64,000 nucleotides of DNA from Eledone cirrhosa (GCA_964016885.1 OZ024750.1:53878001-53942000); one strand, 5' to 3'; positions 41,414 to 55,407 are shown, counted from the first letter of the stretch. The notes: generated from the letters alone by a model not told the origin. Translations and numbers: made by a program.

Positions 41414-41627
41414 TTAACCCTTTAGCATTCACATTACTCTATATATACTATAATTTCATGGTAAAGGCTTTACCTCACATAATATCTTACATAATATCGA
41501 ATCTATGAGATTTTGAAAGTATTTATTTTGAGAACAATACCTTAACATCAGTTTGAGCAACCAGTTACAGCCAGTTTCAACAGAAAGAGGTAGAGAATTC
41601 TGGCCGGTTTGAACATTAAAGGGTTAA
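41414..41627. mobile_element. TTAA-flanked MITE (piggyBac-like termini)
   Basis: ttaa-ccctttagcattc ... gaacattaaaggg-ttaa. Confidence 0.65.
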
Positions 41628-42179
41628 ATAAAAAAAATTCTAAAATTTCTGATTTTATAATCTCACATCTTCGGAATGAGTCTCTATCGGTTGAAACATG
41701 TGTTAGTTTAATATGATATTGACTCTTTGGTGCTTCTTATTCTTTAAATATCAGCTCTGCATGAACCCTGTTGCATCAAGCTTTAGACCCTCTGGTAAAG
41801 TTTACTCCCAATAATAGCAACACTCTTATTATTATTAACATTATATATATTTATCACTATCAATGTGGTTGGTGTTAAGAAGGGCATACAGCCATAGATA
41901 CCAAACCAAAATACAGATCCTTATGAGTATAACATGGTCTCTTGACCTGACATGTCTCACAACTGTCTGACAACCTGTCTAACCCGTGTGGAAAATGGAC
42001 ATTAAATGATGATGATATATCTGTTAACTGTTAATTATTTCTCCACCAATATTGGATATAGAACATTCTAGATGTGAGTCCACCTTGCAGACACTTCAAA
42101 AACACATCTGATTGTAATAGTACAAGTTCTTTGACATTATATTCCACTTACGTATATGTTTATGTGTACATGTATATAT

Positions 42180-42249
<70 letters not shown>

Positions 42250-42688
42250 TATATATATAATAAGTAATTCAACCAGGAATGTAGAGAGAATTTATAACAT
42301 TTCAATAACTAAGAAAACACCTTGGCTAAAAATAAATAAATAATAATAATAATGGGGTGAACCAATGGCAAGAATGTTTGAAATATTCAGTCATGTGATT
42401 TTATTGTCTCTCCACCACAACATTCTCTTGTCTTGCCTTCAGATGAGATGTAAGAACTAATAAAAAGGAAATTAAATCTTCTAAACTCTCTAAGAATGGT
42501 TCCAAAACTAAATTACATCTGGTGGTTCTTCATGTAAAACAATGTCTGAAGACTTGAAGATATGTTGAAAGTTCTCAAAGTGTACAATGTATTGTGTGTG
42601 TATATATATATATATACTCTCATACATATATATATACACACACATAAATATAAATATATATATACACATGTGTATACACAAACACACA

Positions 42689-42736
<48 letters not shown>

Positions 42737-43077
42737 TGTGTTGTATCTATCCAATTTCAGTACTTCTTCTCTAAGAATGGTTATTGTTGTTATTATTATT
42801 GCCTCAGTAGCAATTCTCCACAATCATCATCATCACCATCATTACCCCCACCATCACAATCGTACATGTGTCAGCTGTGAAAAACTAAACAAGATATTAA
42901 ATCTATGAGAAATATCTACAAGTTGCATTTGTCTTCTGTTTTGGGGTTGTTTTTTTATTATCTCATCTGAATGAGCGGATTAGGAGAGAGGATACAGAGA
43001 GAGAGAGAGAGAGAAAGGCAGTGGAATGTATAGTCAGTTCATATATTATATATATGTGTGTGTGTGTGTGTATGTAA

Positions 43078-43133
<56 letters not shown>

Positions 43134-43142
43134 ATATATATA

Positions 43143-43550
43143 TGTATGGGTCTGAGACTTGGACACTGACCAAGAAACTCACTCAGATGGTGGAGAGGTG
43201 CTACACAAGAATGCTGAGGATGGCTCTGAACATTAATCAGTATACACTGAGGATGAAGAACTCAGAGCTGTACTTGAGCCTCCCAAAGGTCAGTTTGAAA
43301 GTAACACAGAGGAGACTGAGGTTAGCTGGACACGCTCACCGACATTCACAGTTGACATTGCACTCAGTGCACCTGTGGGAGCCCCTACACTGACACACTA
43401 GAAGAGGGAGACTGAGGTTGACATATATTGATGACATATATTGAAGGGCAGACACTGGTCTCTGGGAGATGCAGGACATGGCGGCGATGATGAATGCCAC
43501 AGACCGCTGGAGAGAACTTGTCTATGGATCTCGGGAATTTTACCCAACCT

Positions 43551-43552
<2 letters not shown>
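43143..43552 (+). mobile_element. 3' fragment of a different RTE-type LINE family
   Basis: YGSETWTLTKKL...CYTRMLRMALNI...RRLRLAGHAHRH. Confidence 0.8.
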
Positions 43553-43596
<44 letters not shown>

Positions 43597-43949
43597 ATAA
43601 TATGTATGTATATATGTGTCCATGCAAGCAGGGAAAAGCGGACATAAAATGATGATGATATATATATGTATGTATATATATATATCATCATCGTTTAATG
43701 TCCATCTTCCACGCTAACATGGGTTAGATGTATGTATGTATATATATGTATATATATATATAGATAATTTAATATATCAACTAACATAAGCGCACAGATG
43801 CACGCCCATGCCAGCAAATACACAGGTTATGTCATAGTACCTAGGTGGTTCAATGCAGGAGAATGCAGAACAATAATATAAAGGACGTAAAATAAGAAAG
43901 TATTTTTTTTTTAAAATTTAAAAAAAATTTTTTTCTTACTTAAATTTTC

Positions 43950-44031
43950 ACTCCAACTAATTAGTTTCTGCAATGGGATAAAGACAGTTATGTAATCCAA
44001 CTGTCGAGAATTCATTGCGTCATCAGGAAGT
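43950..44031 (-). ncRNA. Hammerhead ribozyme, repeat unit 1
   Basis: ACUUC-CUGAUGA-C GCAAUG...CAUUGC A-GAAA-CUAAUUAG-UU/GGAGU. Confidence 0.82.
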
Positions 44032-44512
44032 CTATTCTCAGTTAAGTCTCCAGGCAATGCGCGGACACTGGCGGCTCATATAAAAATAATAATAATTCGG
44101 TAGATCGAACAGCTTGCGAGGACTGGATTCTATGTACCGAAATTCTCACTGCTTCAAGTCAAATGGCCGATTCTAAAGAATCAATCACGTGACACAGAGG
44201 CTAGTTAGAAGGAATGGGATGGTAAGATGACTGACGCCTACTAACACCCCAAAAAAAATTTTTTTAGAAGTGGTTTTGACAAGTTTGCTCGACAAATCAG
44301 TGATTTGGAGATAAATATAGATAATTTAATATATCAACTAACATAAGCGCACAGATGCACGCCCATGCCAGCAAATACACAGGTTATGTCATAGTACCTA
44401 GGTGGTTCAATGCAGGAGAATGCAGAACAATAATATAAAGGACGTAAAATAAGAAAGTATTTTTTTTTTTTTTTTTAAATTTAAAAAAAATTTTTTTCTT
44501 ACTTAAATTTTC

Positions 44513-44594
44513 ACTCCAACTAATTAGTTTCTGCAATGGGATAAAGACAGTTATGTAATCCAACTGTCGAGAATTCATTGCGTCATCAGGAAGT
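44513..44594 (-). ncRNA. Hammerhead ribozyme, repeat unit 2
   Basis: Identical to 43950-44031. Confidence 0.82.
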
Positions 44595-45080
44595 CTATTC
44601 TCAGTTAAGTCTCCAGGCAATGCGCGGACACTGGCGGCTCATATAAAAATAATAATAATTCGGTAGATCGAACAGCTTGCGAGGACTGGATTCTATGTAC
44701 CGAAATTCTCACTGCTTCAAGTCAAATGGCCGATTCTAAAGAATCAATCACGTGACACAGAGGCTAGTTAGAAGGAATGGGATGGTAAGATGACTGACGC
44801 CTACTAACACCCCAAAAAAAATTTTTTTAGAAGTGGTTTTGACAAGTTTGCTCGACAAATCAGTGATTTGGAGATAAATATAGATAATTTAATATATCAA
44901 CTAACATAAGCGCACAGATGCACGCCCATGCCAGCAAATACACAGGTTATGTCATAGTACCTAGGTGGTTCAATGCAGGAGAATGCAGAACAATAATATA
45001 AAGGACGTAAAATAAGAAAGTATTTTTTTTTTTTTTTTTTTTTTAAATTTAAAAAAAATTTTTTTCTTACTTAAATTTTC

Positions 45081-45162
45081 ACTCCAACTAATTAGTTTCT
45101 GCAATGGGATAAAGACAGTTATGTAATCCAACTGTCGAGAATTCATTGCGTCATCAGGAAGT
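45081..45162 (-). ncRNA. Hammerhead ribozyme, repeat unit 3
   Basis: Identical to 43950-44031. Confidence 0.82.
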
Positions 45163-45272
45163 CTATTCTCAGTTAAGTCTCCAGGCAATGCGCGGACACT
45201 GGCGGCTCATATAAAAATAATAATAATTCGGTAGATCGAACAGCTTGCGAGGACTGGATTCTATGTACCGAA

Positions 45273-45492
<220 letters not shown>

Positions 45493-45700
45493 AAGGCATG
45501 TGGCTGATTGGATAGAGAACTGGATTTGCAATCGTGAGGTTGTCGGTTCGATTCCTGGACTGGGCGATGCGTTATGTCCTTGAGCAAGACACTTTATTTC
45601 ACGTTGCTCCTTCTACATGGAGTTGTGAGACCAATAGATGCTATTAGCAAATGGAAAGACGAACGGAAACATTGTTTCCTCGGTCAGATTTGACGAAAGT
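45493..45700 (+). mobile_element. tRNA-derived CORE-like SINE
   Basis: TGGCTGATTGG A box, GGTTCGATTCC B box, gtccttgagcaagacacttt. Confidence 0.75.
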
Positions 45701-45744
45701 TGATTGACAAAAAAAAAATATTTATATGTATGTATATATGTGTA

Positions 45745-46029
45745 TCATCATCATCATCATTTTTCGCCCGCTTTTCCTTGCTTGATCACCTAGGTACCGG
45801 AAGCTATGAACCACCTCTATAGATCCTACCTACATTTGAAAAATGTGTCTATCACTGCCACTTCTGCTATCAAATTTCGCTGTACATCTACTGCATATAT
45901 AGTTTTCCCTACCCCTTAATTTGCCTTCAACGCCACTACATCTCTTGTGTACCCAAGATCTGTATTGTGTGCAGATATATATATATAATGTCTATGTAGT
46001 ACATATATATATATATAATGTCTATGTAG

Positions 46030-46072
<43 letters not shown>

Positions 46073-46313
46073 CTATCCCACTACATCTCTTGTGTACCCA
46101 AGATCTGCAAAGTGTACATTTTATAGAATTTAAGCCAGTTCCTTTCCTACATATCGAACATGGCCATTTCCCTGATGGAATCACAGTTTTGTCCTCTTTT
46201 CTACTCAACACTTTTGTCTTAGCTAGGCTCACTCTCAGTCCTCTTGCTTCCAAATGCTGTTTCCATAGCCAGAATTTATTCTCTAGCTCCTCTACTTATT
46301 CTGCTATAAGTAC
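45745..46313 (-). mobile_element. Internally deleted RTE family B fragment interrupted by a TA-rich insert
   Basis: [14 protein letters not shown]...[13 protein letters not shown]...HKRCSG; (CAT)n end on the plus strand. Confidence 0.8.
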
Positions 46314-46371
46314 CATGCATGTATATGTATATGTATGTATGTATATGTATATACATATATATATATATATG

Positions 46372-46414
<43 letters not shown>

Positions 46415-46417
46415 ATG

Positions 46418-46468
<51 letters not shown>

Positions 46469-46665
46469 GTAAGTATATATATATATATATATATGTATAT
46501 GTAAGTATATATATATATATATATGTATGTATGTGTATATATATATGTATGTATGTGTGTGTATATATATATGTATGTATGTGTGTGTATATATATATGT
46601 ATGTATGTGTATGTATATATATATATGTATGTATGTGTATATATATATATATATGTATGTATGTA

Positions 46666-46706
<41 letters not shown>

Positions 46707-46721
46707 GTATCATCATATTCA

Positions 46722-47008
46722 TCATTTCATTTTACGTCCGCTTTTTCCCTGCTTGCAAGGGTGGGATGGGAACTGACTCTGGCTTGATTTCTACAGCTGG
46801 ATGCCCTTCCTAACACCAACCTCATTTACAGTGAGTGCTGGGTGCTTTTTTGCCGTGGCACCTCCACGACACTTTGCAGTGGAATGATATGGACCCCAGT
46901 CCTATCATCTCATTTCTACAGCTGAGTAAACTGGAGCAATGTGAAATAAAGTGTCTTGCTCAAGGAAACAACACACCACCTGGTCTGAGACTTGAACTCA
47001 CAACCTTT
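46722..47008 (-). mobile_element. CORE-like SINE, same family as 4725-5059, 5'-truncated
   Basis: High similarity to 4735-5015. Confidence 0.8.
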
Positions 47009-47082
47009 TAAATGATAATGATAATTACATGTATATATGTAAATGTATATATATGTCTTTATGTAAGTGTATATATATATAT

Positions 47083-48912
47083 AGTAGGGAAGAATAACAT
47101 GGTTGGCTGTACAAAAAGGGTTTTATTTACAGTACTAACAATTGTTTCATTGAACAGGTGAGTCTAAAGGCCACTAATCCCTCGAAGTTGCGTCACTCGA
47201 CCTTAAATACAGTGTGTGTCTCTGATCAAATCATCGGAATACTGGAGGGTGTAACACATGGCATTGGTATTTATAGATACATCAGAGAATCAAGTGAATG
47301 AAAACAATAACATCAATAATAAAAGTATAAAGAAGTAAAAATGGAAATGATAAAGATGTAAAATATAAGTACAAAATATGGTTAGTGATAATAGTAGTAG
47401 TAGTGGTGGTAGTTGAAGTTATAATGGTAGGAACAGGAGACAGAGAATAATAAGGATTTGAGGATAAAGGGTAGGAGTAAGGATGGGGAAGCAGTAGATG
47501 GACAGATAGAGAATAAAAAGTGAAAGGGACAGTGATGATATATGTGTGATTAAGGTCTGGTAGACTGATTGTTTTATCTTAATGGAGGTGATGTGGTTAT
47601 AGAGAGAGAGAGTGAAAGAAAGGTTGGGAGATTCATGATGTTGATTTAATGACCAGTTAGTCAGTTGACAGCTAATAACAGTGGAGTGGTGTGAAGCTAG
47701 TACATTTAAATCCGGGTGGTTTTGAATGAATTCCGAGATTGCTGGGTCAAATCATGCCGGTTGTGGTTTGAAGTTAGAGAATTTGGTGGCTGCTTTGTGC
47801 CTACAGAAGATTGTTCGCTCTATCTTGTTGTTAAGCAGCATTTTATCATACTTTAAAATATGGAGCAGCACCATATTGCATAGTCCGCAGTGGGACATTC
47901 CATTTATGTAGGCCCTTGCACTCGATAACTTCGACCAGCTAATTTCATGTCCTTAAGCTGCCAGATCTTATTGGCCAGTGTCGTATTCTCAAGCCTACGG
48001 TTTTTTATAGAATTCCTATGCACATACCATCTTTTTTTGAAATCTACAGCTGTAGAACTTATGTAGTGCCATGCTAGGTTGCCAGATTTGATAGTACACA
48101 GGTACACTATACTTGATTCTAGGAATCTATTCTGTATTGGGCATTTATACGGTAGGTGGCAGTTACACTTGGAGGCCTTCCTGTGTGCAGGTTCTCCGTT
48201 GTAATTTTGTATGTTGTTAGGGATGGGCTTGGATTTAGGTTTATTGGTGTTTTGTTGCAATGTGCCCTGGCGTGTGGGTGGTTCTGATGTTGTTATGTGT
48301 TTGCGTTTTGTATTTGGTGCTATGGTGTATGTGGTAGATTACATTCCTTAGAGATTCTTTTATAGTTGATTTTATGTATGTGTGATTCTATGTTGGCTGC
48401 AGTAGAGTAAGAGAGTTTGTTAGTTTTTCTGTTAAAGATTCTATGGTATTTGTGTAGTTTAGGGAAGTGTTTGTCAATTAGCTTAAAGAATGTAGAAGGT
48501 AGGTTGGTTTTTATAGAAGAGTTGAAGATTGGATTGAACCATAAATATTTTCTATCTCTAGATTTTCTGGAGTTTCTAGGGGTTCCTATATTAGCATTCG
48601 GTTCGGCTATTTTGCGTGCCCACTGCCTATTTCCATGTTTAGCTCCATATTTGTTATTCCTATAGGTGCGGGTAGTCTAGTTTTCATAAGGTTTGTAGTT
48701 GCTGTCTCTATCGGGTATGTATTTGAACCCCTCCTTGTGGCCTGCTTTATGTAAAGCTATGTTGTAGTAGTTTGCATGTTCATTGAAAATCTCTAGGTTA
48801 GAAGATAAGCGTGATATTATGAGGGATATACAATGTGCTATCAAGTTAATTATGGAGCGAGGGTGGTTTGAGTTATAAATAATGTAGGCTAGATTCTCGT
48901 TATTTTTATGGA
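47083..48912 (-). mobile_element. Degenerate 5'-truncated Penelope-like element (RT C-terminus, GIY-YIG, 3' UTR with HHR)
   Basis: YFIWFNPIFN-like and FPKLHKYHRIFNRKT-like RT C-terminal motifs; CNCH..KCPIQNRFLESSIVY...YISSTAVDFKKRWYVH. Confidence 0.85.
47130..47244 (-). ncRNA. Hammerhead motif with long stem II insert, U4C core variant
   Basis: CAGUAUU-CCGAUGA-U UUGAuCAG...CUGuUCAA U-GAAA-CAAUUG-UU/AGUACUG. Confidence 0.7.
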
Positions 48913-50477
48913 ATGGGTCACTGCCGGAAAACCCTCCTCTTCAACGACAGAGTAGCCTGGGCAAAGAAGTCTACAACTTCAGACCTATTCTACGTCTCCA
49001 TAGGATCGTTTGACAGTGCTGATGTATGCGACTTGGTTGGCCTATTTATTTTAGACATATTACGTGTTAGAATCCCGGATTTCCACACGGGAATATATCG
49101 CGACGATGGCCTGACCTTATCGAGCCATAAAAGTGGTCACGACCTCGACCGGTTTAAAAAAGACTTAGCTTCTACCTTCAATGAGTTAGGATAACAGTAG
49201 CTACCAACCTCTCTACCGTAGATTTCTTAGACATTAATTTAGACCTTCGCACACATACCTGCAGACCCTTCCATAAGCTAAACGAAAAACTCAATTACAT
49301 TCACAAGGACTCATGCCACCCTCCTACTGTTTTAAGAAACTTCGTAAATAATATCAGTACTAGAATCTCAAACCTCTCCTCTAATAACCCTATCTTTGAC
49401 AGAGCGGCCCCTACTATAACATGGCGTTAGCTAACAGCGGCTTCTCGCAACCAATTACTTACTCCCCCACTAACAACAAGAGCAATAAGAAAAGAAAGCG
49501 CAACAATAGACAAACTATCTGGTTCTCTCCTCCCTTCTCACTCAACGTTAAAACTAATGTAGGAACATTTTTTTAGCCCTCTTAGATAGACACTTTCCCA
49601 TAGGTCATAAATACCACTCCATCTTTAACCGACACAAAGTAAAACTAGGATACTCCTGCACTAAGAACATGAAGGCCCACATCACCAGCAGCCCTAGGAG
49701 CAACACCCCACCAGGGTATCCTTGCCGTAAGCCCGAAGCTTGTCCCCTTCAACAGCAATGCAACACACCAGCTGTAATTTATGAAGCTGTGGTCACTTGC
49801 AACCGACCAAATCAACCACAGGAGGTCAAATCCTATGTGGGTATGGTGGAGGGCCGATTTAAGGAACACTTCCTGAACCATCAGTCGACCTTTAGGTACC
49901 CAGACAGACGTTCATGCACGAAACTCGTGAGCCACGTATGGTCCCTCAAGGACTCAAGTATAGACTACTCCATTCAATGGAAAGCCATCACTAAGTCCAA
50001 GCCATACGCAAGGGGAAATTTGTCGTGTGGACTATGCCTTGATGAACGATTAAATATTCTAAAGAGATTATGCAATAGTGATTGCCTAAACACGAGAAAT
50101 GAATTTTTCACACGTTGTCCACACGTCTCGAAACACCTATTGCATAACTACAAGGCTCCGGATTGAATGAATTATTGTAACAACATCAATATTTTTTCTT
50201 ATCAACTAAAACCTTTTCAGACTTCGCAGTTATCTCCCTTACACCTCTCACACGCATTTTAGTATTGCCTATGTGAAGTGACGGGTTTCTGCGCATGCGC
50301 GTTCATACGGTTGTCCTTCCTGTTCCGTATAACCATGACCACTCCGAGCTGAGGATCCGCTAAGGTGAAACAATTGTTCTCGGTATGGTGAACTAACTGT
50401 TGTGTAACCACTTCTACCTAACTCGTCCCATGGACTGAGTGCTCTACCACTACGGATATTACCTTCCAGTGTTCTAC

Positions 50478-50480
<3 letters not shown>
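48913..50480 (+). mobile_element. 5'-truncated Penelope-like element (RT YRDD, GIY-YIG, 3' UTR with HHR), frameshifted
   Basis: GSFDSADVCDLVGLFIL, GIYRDDGL, VDFLDINLDL, IWFSPPFS, CPLQQQCNTPAVIYEA..YVGMVEGRFKEH, CGLCLDE, LNTRNEFFTRCPH. Confidence 0.93.
50344..50383 (+). ncRNA. Minimal hammerhead in the PLE 3' region
   Basis: CCGAG-CUGAGGA-U CC gcuaa GG U-GAAA-CAAUUG-UU/CUCGG, ~180 nt after the GIY-YIG stop. Confidence 0.85.
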
Positions 50481-50517
<37 letters not shown>

Positions 50518-50720
50518 ATATATATATATATGTATATATATATATAGATATAGATAGGTAAATATACACGGGTGTGTATGATTGTGTATAGAAGATTATA
50601 TTAATAAGAGGAATTCCAACTTTGTCTGAGTTACTCGTTTTATTTACAATCCTTTAAAATATATATAATATGGTATTATAATGAAATAGTATGATAGAAT
50701 ATTAAATTCTAAGTGTTAAT

Positions 50721-50759
50721 TGAACGAGTACTTTCATGCTTTCGCAATCTTCAGGTTCA
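50721..50759 (-). ncRNA. Minimal hammerhead, second copy of the 40128-40353 element (50570-50800)
   Basis: UGAAC-CUGAAGA-UUGCGAAAGCAU-GAAA-GUAC-UC/GUUCA. Confidence 0.8.
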
Positions 50760-50802
50760 TGATATGTGGTGACAGTCGAGTTTGCAATTTTCAACTGCAA
50801 TG

Positions 50803-50849
<47 letters not shown>

Positions 50850-50880
50850 GTATATATATGTGTATATATATATGTATATA

Positions 50881-53800
50881 TCATCATCATCATCATCATC
50901 ATCAACGTTTAACGTCCGTGTTCCACGCTTGCATGGGTTTGGACGGGGGTAGTCCCACTTGAGGCAAGAGTGATTGTCTTGCTCGCATAGGACTGTCTGG
51001 CAGGTTTTCTACAGTTGGATGCCCTTCCTAACACCAACCACATTTACAGTGTGGGTCTGGGGGGTTTTTACCGTGTTGCCTACACGGCCACATTACAGCG
51101 TGGACTGTGTGTTTTTTTGTCGTGACACCTACACGATCTCATTTGTTTCGGCCTGGATGGTGTGGCACCAACATAACTTTACATAGAACGGGGTGGTGTG
51201 GATGGGGTGGGGGTGGTGGTGGTGGGACGGGGGGGTATTTTGTTAGAGATGCCTACTGGCTGTAGTAGGTTTTACTATGTATTTAGGTAAGGCGGGTCTT
51301 CTCTGTTACTGAGTACCGCCAAAGTTCTCGGTCCAGTGACATTGTCTTGGAGAGGTGTAAGTGTGTGAGGTCGGAGTTTATCAGCTCGTCCCAGGTTTTT
51401 CTAGGTCTGCCTATTCCGTGGCTACCGTCTATCTTTATTGCCCTGCACTTTGTTATACAGCTATCGACTTTCATGCGCATCACGTGTCCATACCAACGTA
51501 GCCTTCTCTCGAGTAAACAACATCTGATCCCTCTTATTTCTAATTTTTTCCTTAGTTAGTTTATGCTTTACCGTTCACGTATATTACTGTTACACATCCA
51601 GCGGAGCATGCATGCTTCGTTCCTCTCTAGTCTGCGTATATCCTCTGCACACAATGCCCAGGTCTCACTGCCATGCAACATTGCTGTTCGTATGCAGGCA
51701 TCGTACAACCTGCCTTTCATTTTTAGGGAGAACCCTTTAGCAGCTAATAGTGGTATAAGCTCTCTGAACTTTTTCCAACCAGTTCTGACTCTAGCTACTG
51801 TACTTTCAGAGCACCCTCCCCCACTGCTGATTTTATCACCCAGGTAACGGAAGCTGTCCACTATTTCTATAGAACCCTCTGCGCAATTGAAAGAGCTAGT
51901 ATTTTGTGGGCACTTGCTGCTACTTATTGCACCAGAGCACCGGCCACATGTAAAATCTATGTTCTTAGTTAGCTTACCTTTGATCCCACTATATCTTTTA
52001 TGCACCCATACTTTGCATTTAGGACATAAAATGGAGTTTCTACCTATGCCTTTCCTACACACCGAGCACGACCATTTCCCAGAAGGGACCGCCGCCTTAT
52101 TTTCTTTCCTACAAACTAGAACTTTAGTCTTAGCCAGGTTAATTTTAAGGCCGTGCTTCCATGTTTGGAATTTCTTCTCTAGCTCGGCCATTGATTCCGC
52201 TATGAGTGTCAGGTCGTCTGCGTATAGGAGTTCCCATGGGCAGCCGGTCTTGAACTCCTCTGTTATAGCCTGAAGGGCAATAATAAATAGTAGGGGGCTG
52301 AGAACAGAGCCCTGATGGACGCCAACTTTTACGCTAAACTCTTCACTATATTCGTTGTTAATTCTAACCTTGCTGACTGTTTCTTTATACATGGCTTGTA
52401 TAGCTCTCACAAGCCATTCGTCAACGCCTAGTTTTCTAAGAGCCCACCAGATAATGGAGCGGGGGACTCTGTCGAAGGCTTTCTCCAAGTCGACAAAAGC
52501 TAAGTAGAGGGGTTTACCTTTAGCTAGGTACTTCTCCTGTAGTTGTTGTACGATGAAAAGAGCGTCTGTGGTACTTTTGCCTGACACAAACCTGAACTGC
52601 ATTTCATCTAGGTCAATTCTCTCTCTGATTAGTTGTGCTATTACTTTTTCCGTGACCTTCATGACCTGGTCGATTAATTTAATGCCTCTATAGTTACTCC
52701 TATCTAGGGCGTCTCCTTTACCCTTATAACAGTTAACGATGATGCTGCTATGCCAGTCCTTCGGAACAACCCCATTCTGTACGACTTGGTTAACTATGCG
52801 GGTGACCATGGTGTGTCCCACCGTGCCAGATGCCTTCAGCATCTCAGCAACTATTTCCGAAGGCCCAGCCGCCTTACCCGTCTTCATATCCTTAATTGCC
52901 TTACTCATTATACTCCCCTCGACTAACACTGCTGGTCCCTCTATTGGGTCGATATGGGGGAGACTGTCTTTCTCCCATTTATTCTCCTCATTTAGTAGCC
53001 TTTCATAGTGACACTTCCAAGCTACCTTCTTATCAGCGTCGGTGATGGCAAATATGCCATCATCGTTAAGTACACACTTCTCCCCGACAATATCACGGTT
53101 TTCCTTGACGCATTGCCTAGCAATCTTGAACACCTCACGTTTTTGGTCCTCGCGTTGTAGAACATGCTTGAACTTTCTTTCCTCAGCTTCCCTTCTTGCT
53201 AAGTACACTTGTCTCCTAGCTTCCCTCCTGGCCACTTGATAGTCTTCTCTACTTCCCCCATCCCGCCATACTTTCCAAGCCTGCTTTTTGGCCTTAATTG
53301 ACCCCTCCACCTTACTGTTCCACCACCATGTTACTCTCCTCCTGCCTGCAGGCCTGCTCCAGCCACAGACTTCGTCTGTCGCCGTCAGCAGGTTTGCTTT
53401 CAGAAATTCCCACTGTCCCTCTATATTGTCCGACTCTAAATGTTCTTCCTTACTGTCGAAAGCATCAAGTAATATGCTTTGAAATTTATTTCTGGCTGTG
53501 GGGTCCTTTAGCTTCCATATTTTTCTCCTGAGGATAATCCTCTTCTGCTGTCGAGTACGTCTCGTCCTGACTATGAGGTCGCTAATTATCAGTCTATGTT
53601 GGGAGGTGCATTCTTCATGGGGGAGGGATTTAGTGTTTGCAACAGACGCTCTGTCACGTCTTCTGGTAAGGATATAATCTACCTGGCTTGTGTGTTCCCC
53701 GGATCTATAGGTGATCAGGTGATTGTCACGTTTTTTGAAGTTAGTGTTACAGATAGTTAGGTTATTTGCATCACAGAATTCCAGGATTCTGGAGCCTTCC

Positions 53801-54762
53801 TCATTTCTAGTACCAAACCCATAGCCTCCATGGATTTCGTCGTAGCCGTCACAATGTTGTCCAACGTGACCATTTAGGTCGCCTGCAATAATTATATAGT
53901 CACTGTCGGATATTTGGGAGGTAGTTAGCATCAGTGTCTCATAGAATCTGTCTTTTATAGTGCCGGGCAGTCCGGATTGGGGTGCGTACGCAGATATTAC
54001 TGTCACCGTAGTTCTATTGAGGACAAGTCGTATTTTAATTAATCTGTCGTTCACTCTATTTACGTCTATTATCTTATCTGCCCACTTTTCTGCTACCATG
54101 ATTCCTACTCCACCCAGCCCATCGTCGTTTCCCACCCAGAAAAGCTTATAACATCGTTTTTACCCTCAATGAATCTAGCAGACCCACCCCTCCACCTGGT
54201 CTCTTGAATACAACAAACATCGACCTCCTTACGTTCAAGCATTTCTACAACCTCGTTAGCGCGACCCTTTAGGGTGCCTACATTTATGGTACCAACTCTG
54301 AAGTTTTGGATTGCGTTTGGGGGTTGGGGGCGGTGGGGGGCGGGGGGCGATGGGGTTATGTTAGCCGTCCGCGGTCGAAACAATGAGGAGTGCTCGCATT
54401 CTCATCCAAGAGGTGAATTTGTCTTTATCTTTGGCATTGTCGCTGAGCGTCCAGATTTTTCTCTCTCTCCTCCACTCTCCAGGATTCCGCAGTCCATCCA
54501 TCCATCATATATCGAAAGGCAACCAGGCAAGCGATAGTATAGGCCTCTGGCTTATGATTGGTCCGCGTAATAATAATACTGGTGATGCGTGGGGGCTCTG
54601 GCTTATGATTGGTCCACGTAATAACAATGGTGGTGCGTGGGGGCAGGAGGGAGGGGTGTTGGGTAGCTAGATAGAAGGTAATGATTGAATGAGGTCCTTG
54701 CATTTAACAAGCGATTAACAAAAATACAAAATTTGTTCTGTTCAATACGACAAAAACTCTCG
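50881..54762 (-). mobile_element. Near full-length RTE LINE (family A)
   Basis: Probable 5' region with a ~50-bp tandem duplication (54545-54643), APE plus RT ORF, 3' UTR, (GAT)n tail, (TA)n both sides. Confidence 0.95.
51283..54383 (-). pseudogene. RTE ORF (APE endonuclease, RT, Cys/His finger) with a frameshift near 54140 and stops near 51555-51570
   Basis: RVGTINVGTL, CIQETRW, SAYAPQ, GDLNGH, SQVDYIL, LYADD; 855-aa open segment 51568-54135. Confidence 0.9.
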
Positions 54763-54810
54763 TATATATATATATATATGTATATGTATATATATATGTA
54801 TATATATATG

Positions 54811-54857
<47 letters not shown>

Positions 54858-54896
54858 GTATGTATATATATATATATGTATACATATATATATATG

Positions 54897-54982
<86 letters not shown>

Positions 54983-55268
54983 TGTATGTATATATGTATG
55001 TATATATATGTATATATATGTATTTATATATATGTATATATGTATTTATATATATGTATATATGTATTTATATATATGTATATATGTATGTATATATGTA
55101 TTTATATATATGTATATATGTATTTATATATATGTATATATGTATGTATATATATGTATATATATGCATTTATATATATGTATATATATGCATTTATATA
55201 TATGTATATATATATGTATATATATATGTATATATATATGTAGATATATATGTATATATATATGTATT

Positions 55269-55299
<31 letters not shown>

Positions 55300-55376
55300 G
55301 TATTTATATATATGTATATATATATATGTATATATATATATAAGTATATGTATATATATATATAAGTATATATATG

Positions 55377-55407
<31 letters not shown>

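Noticed and set aside
41668-41710. GAAACAUGUGUU HHR-like 3' half
   Set aside because: No recognisable CUGANGA or UUGANAA core upstream
45493-45565. tRNA-like sequences at SINE heads
   Set aside because: They continue into SINE bodies and lack a full cloverleaf; not tRNA genes
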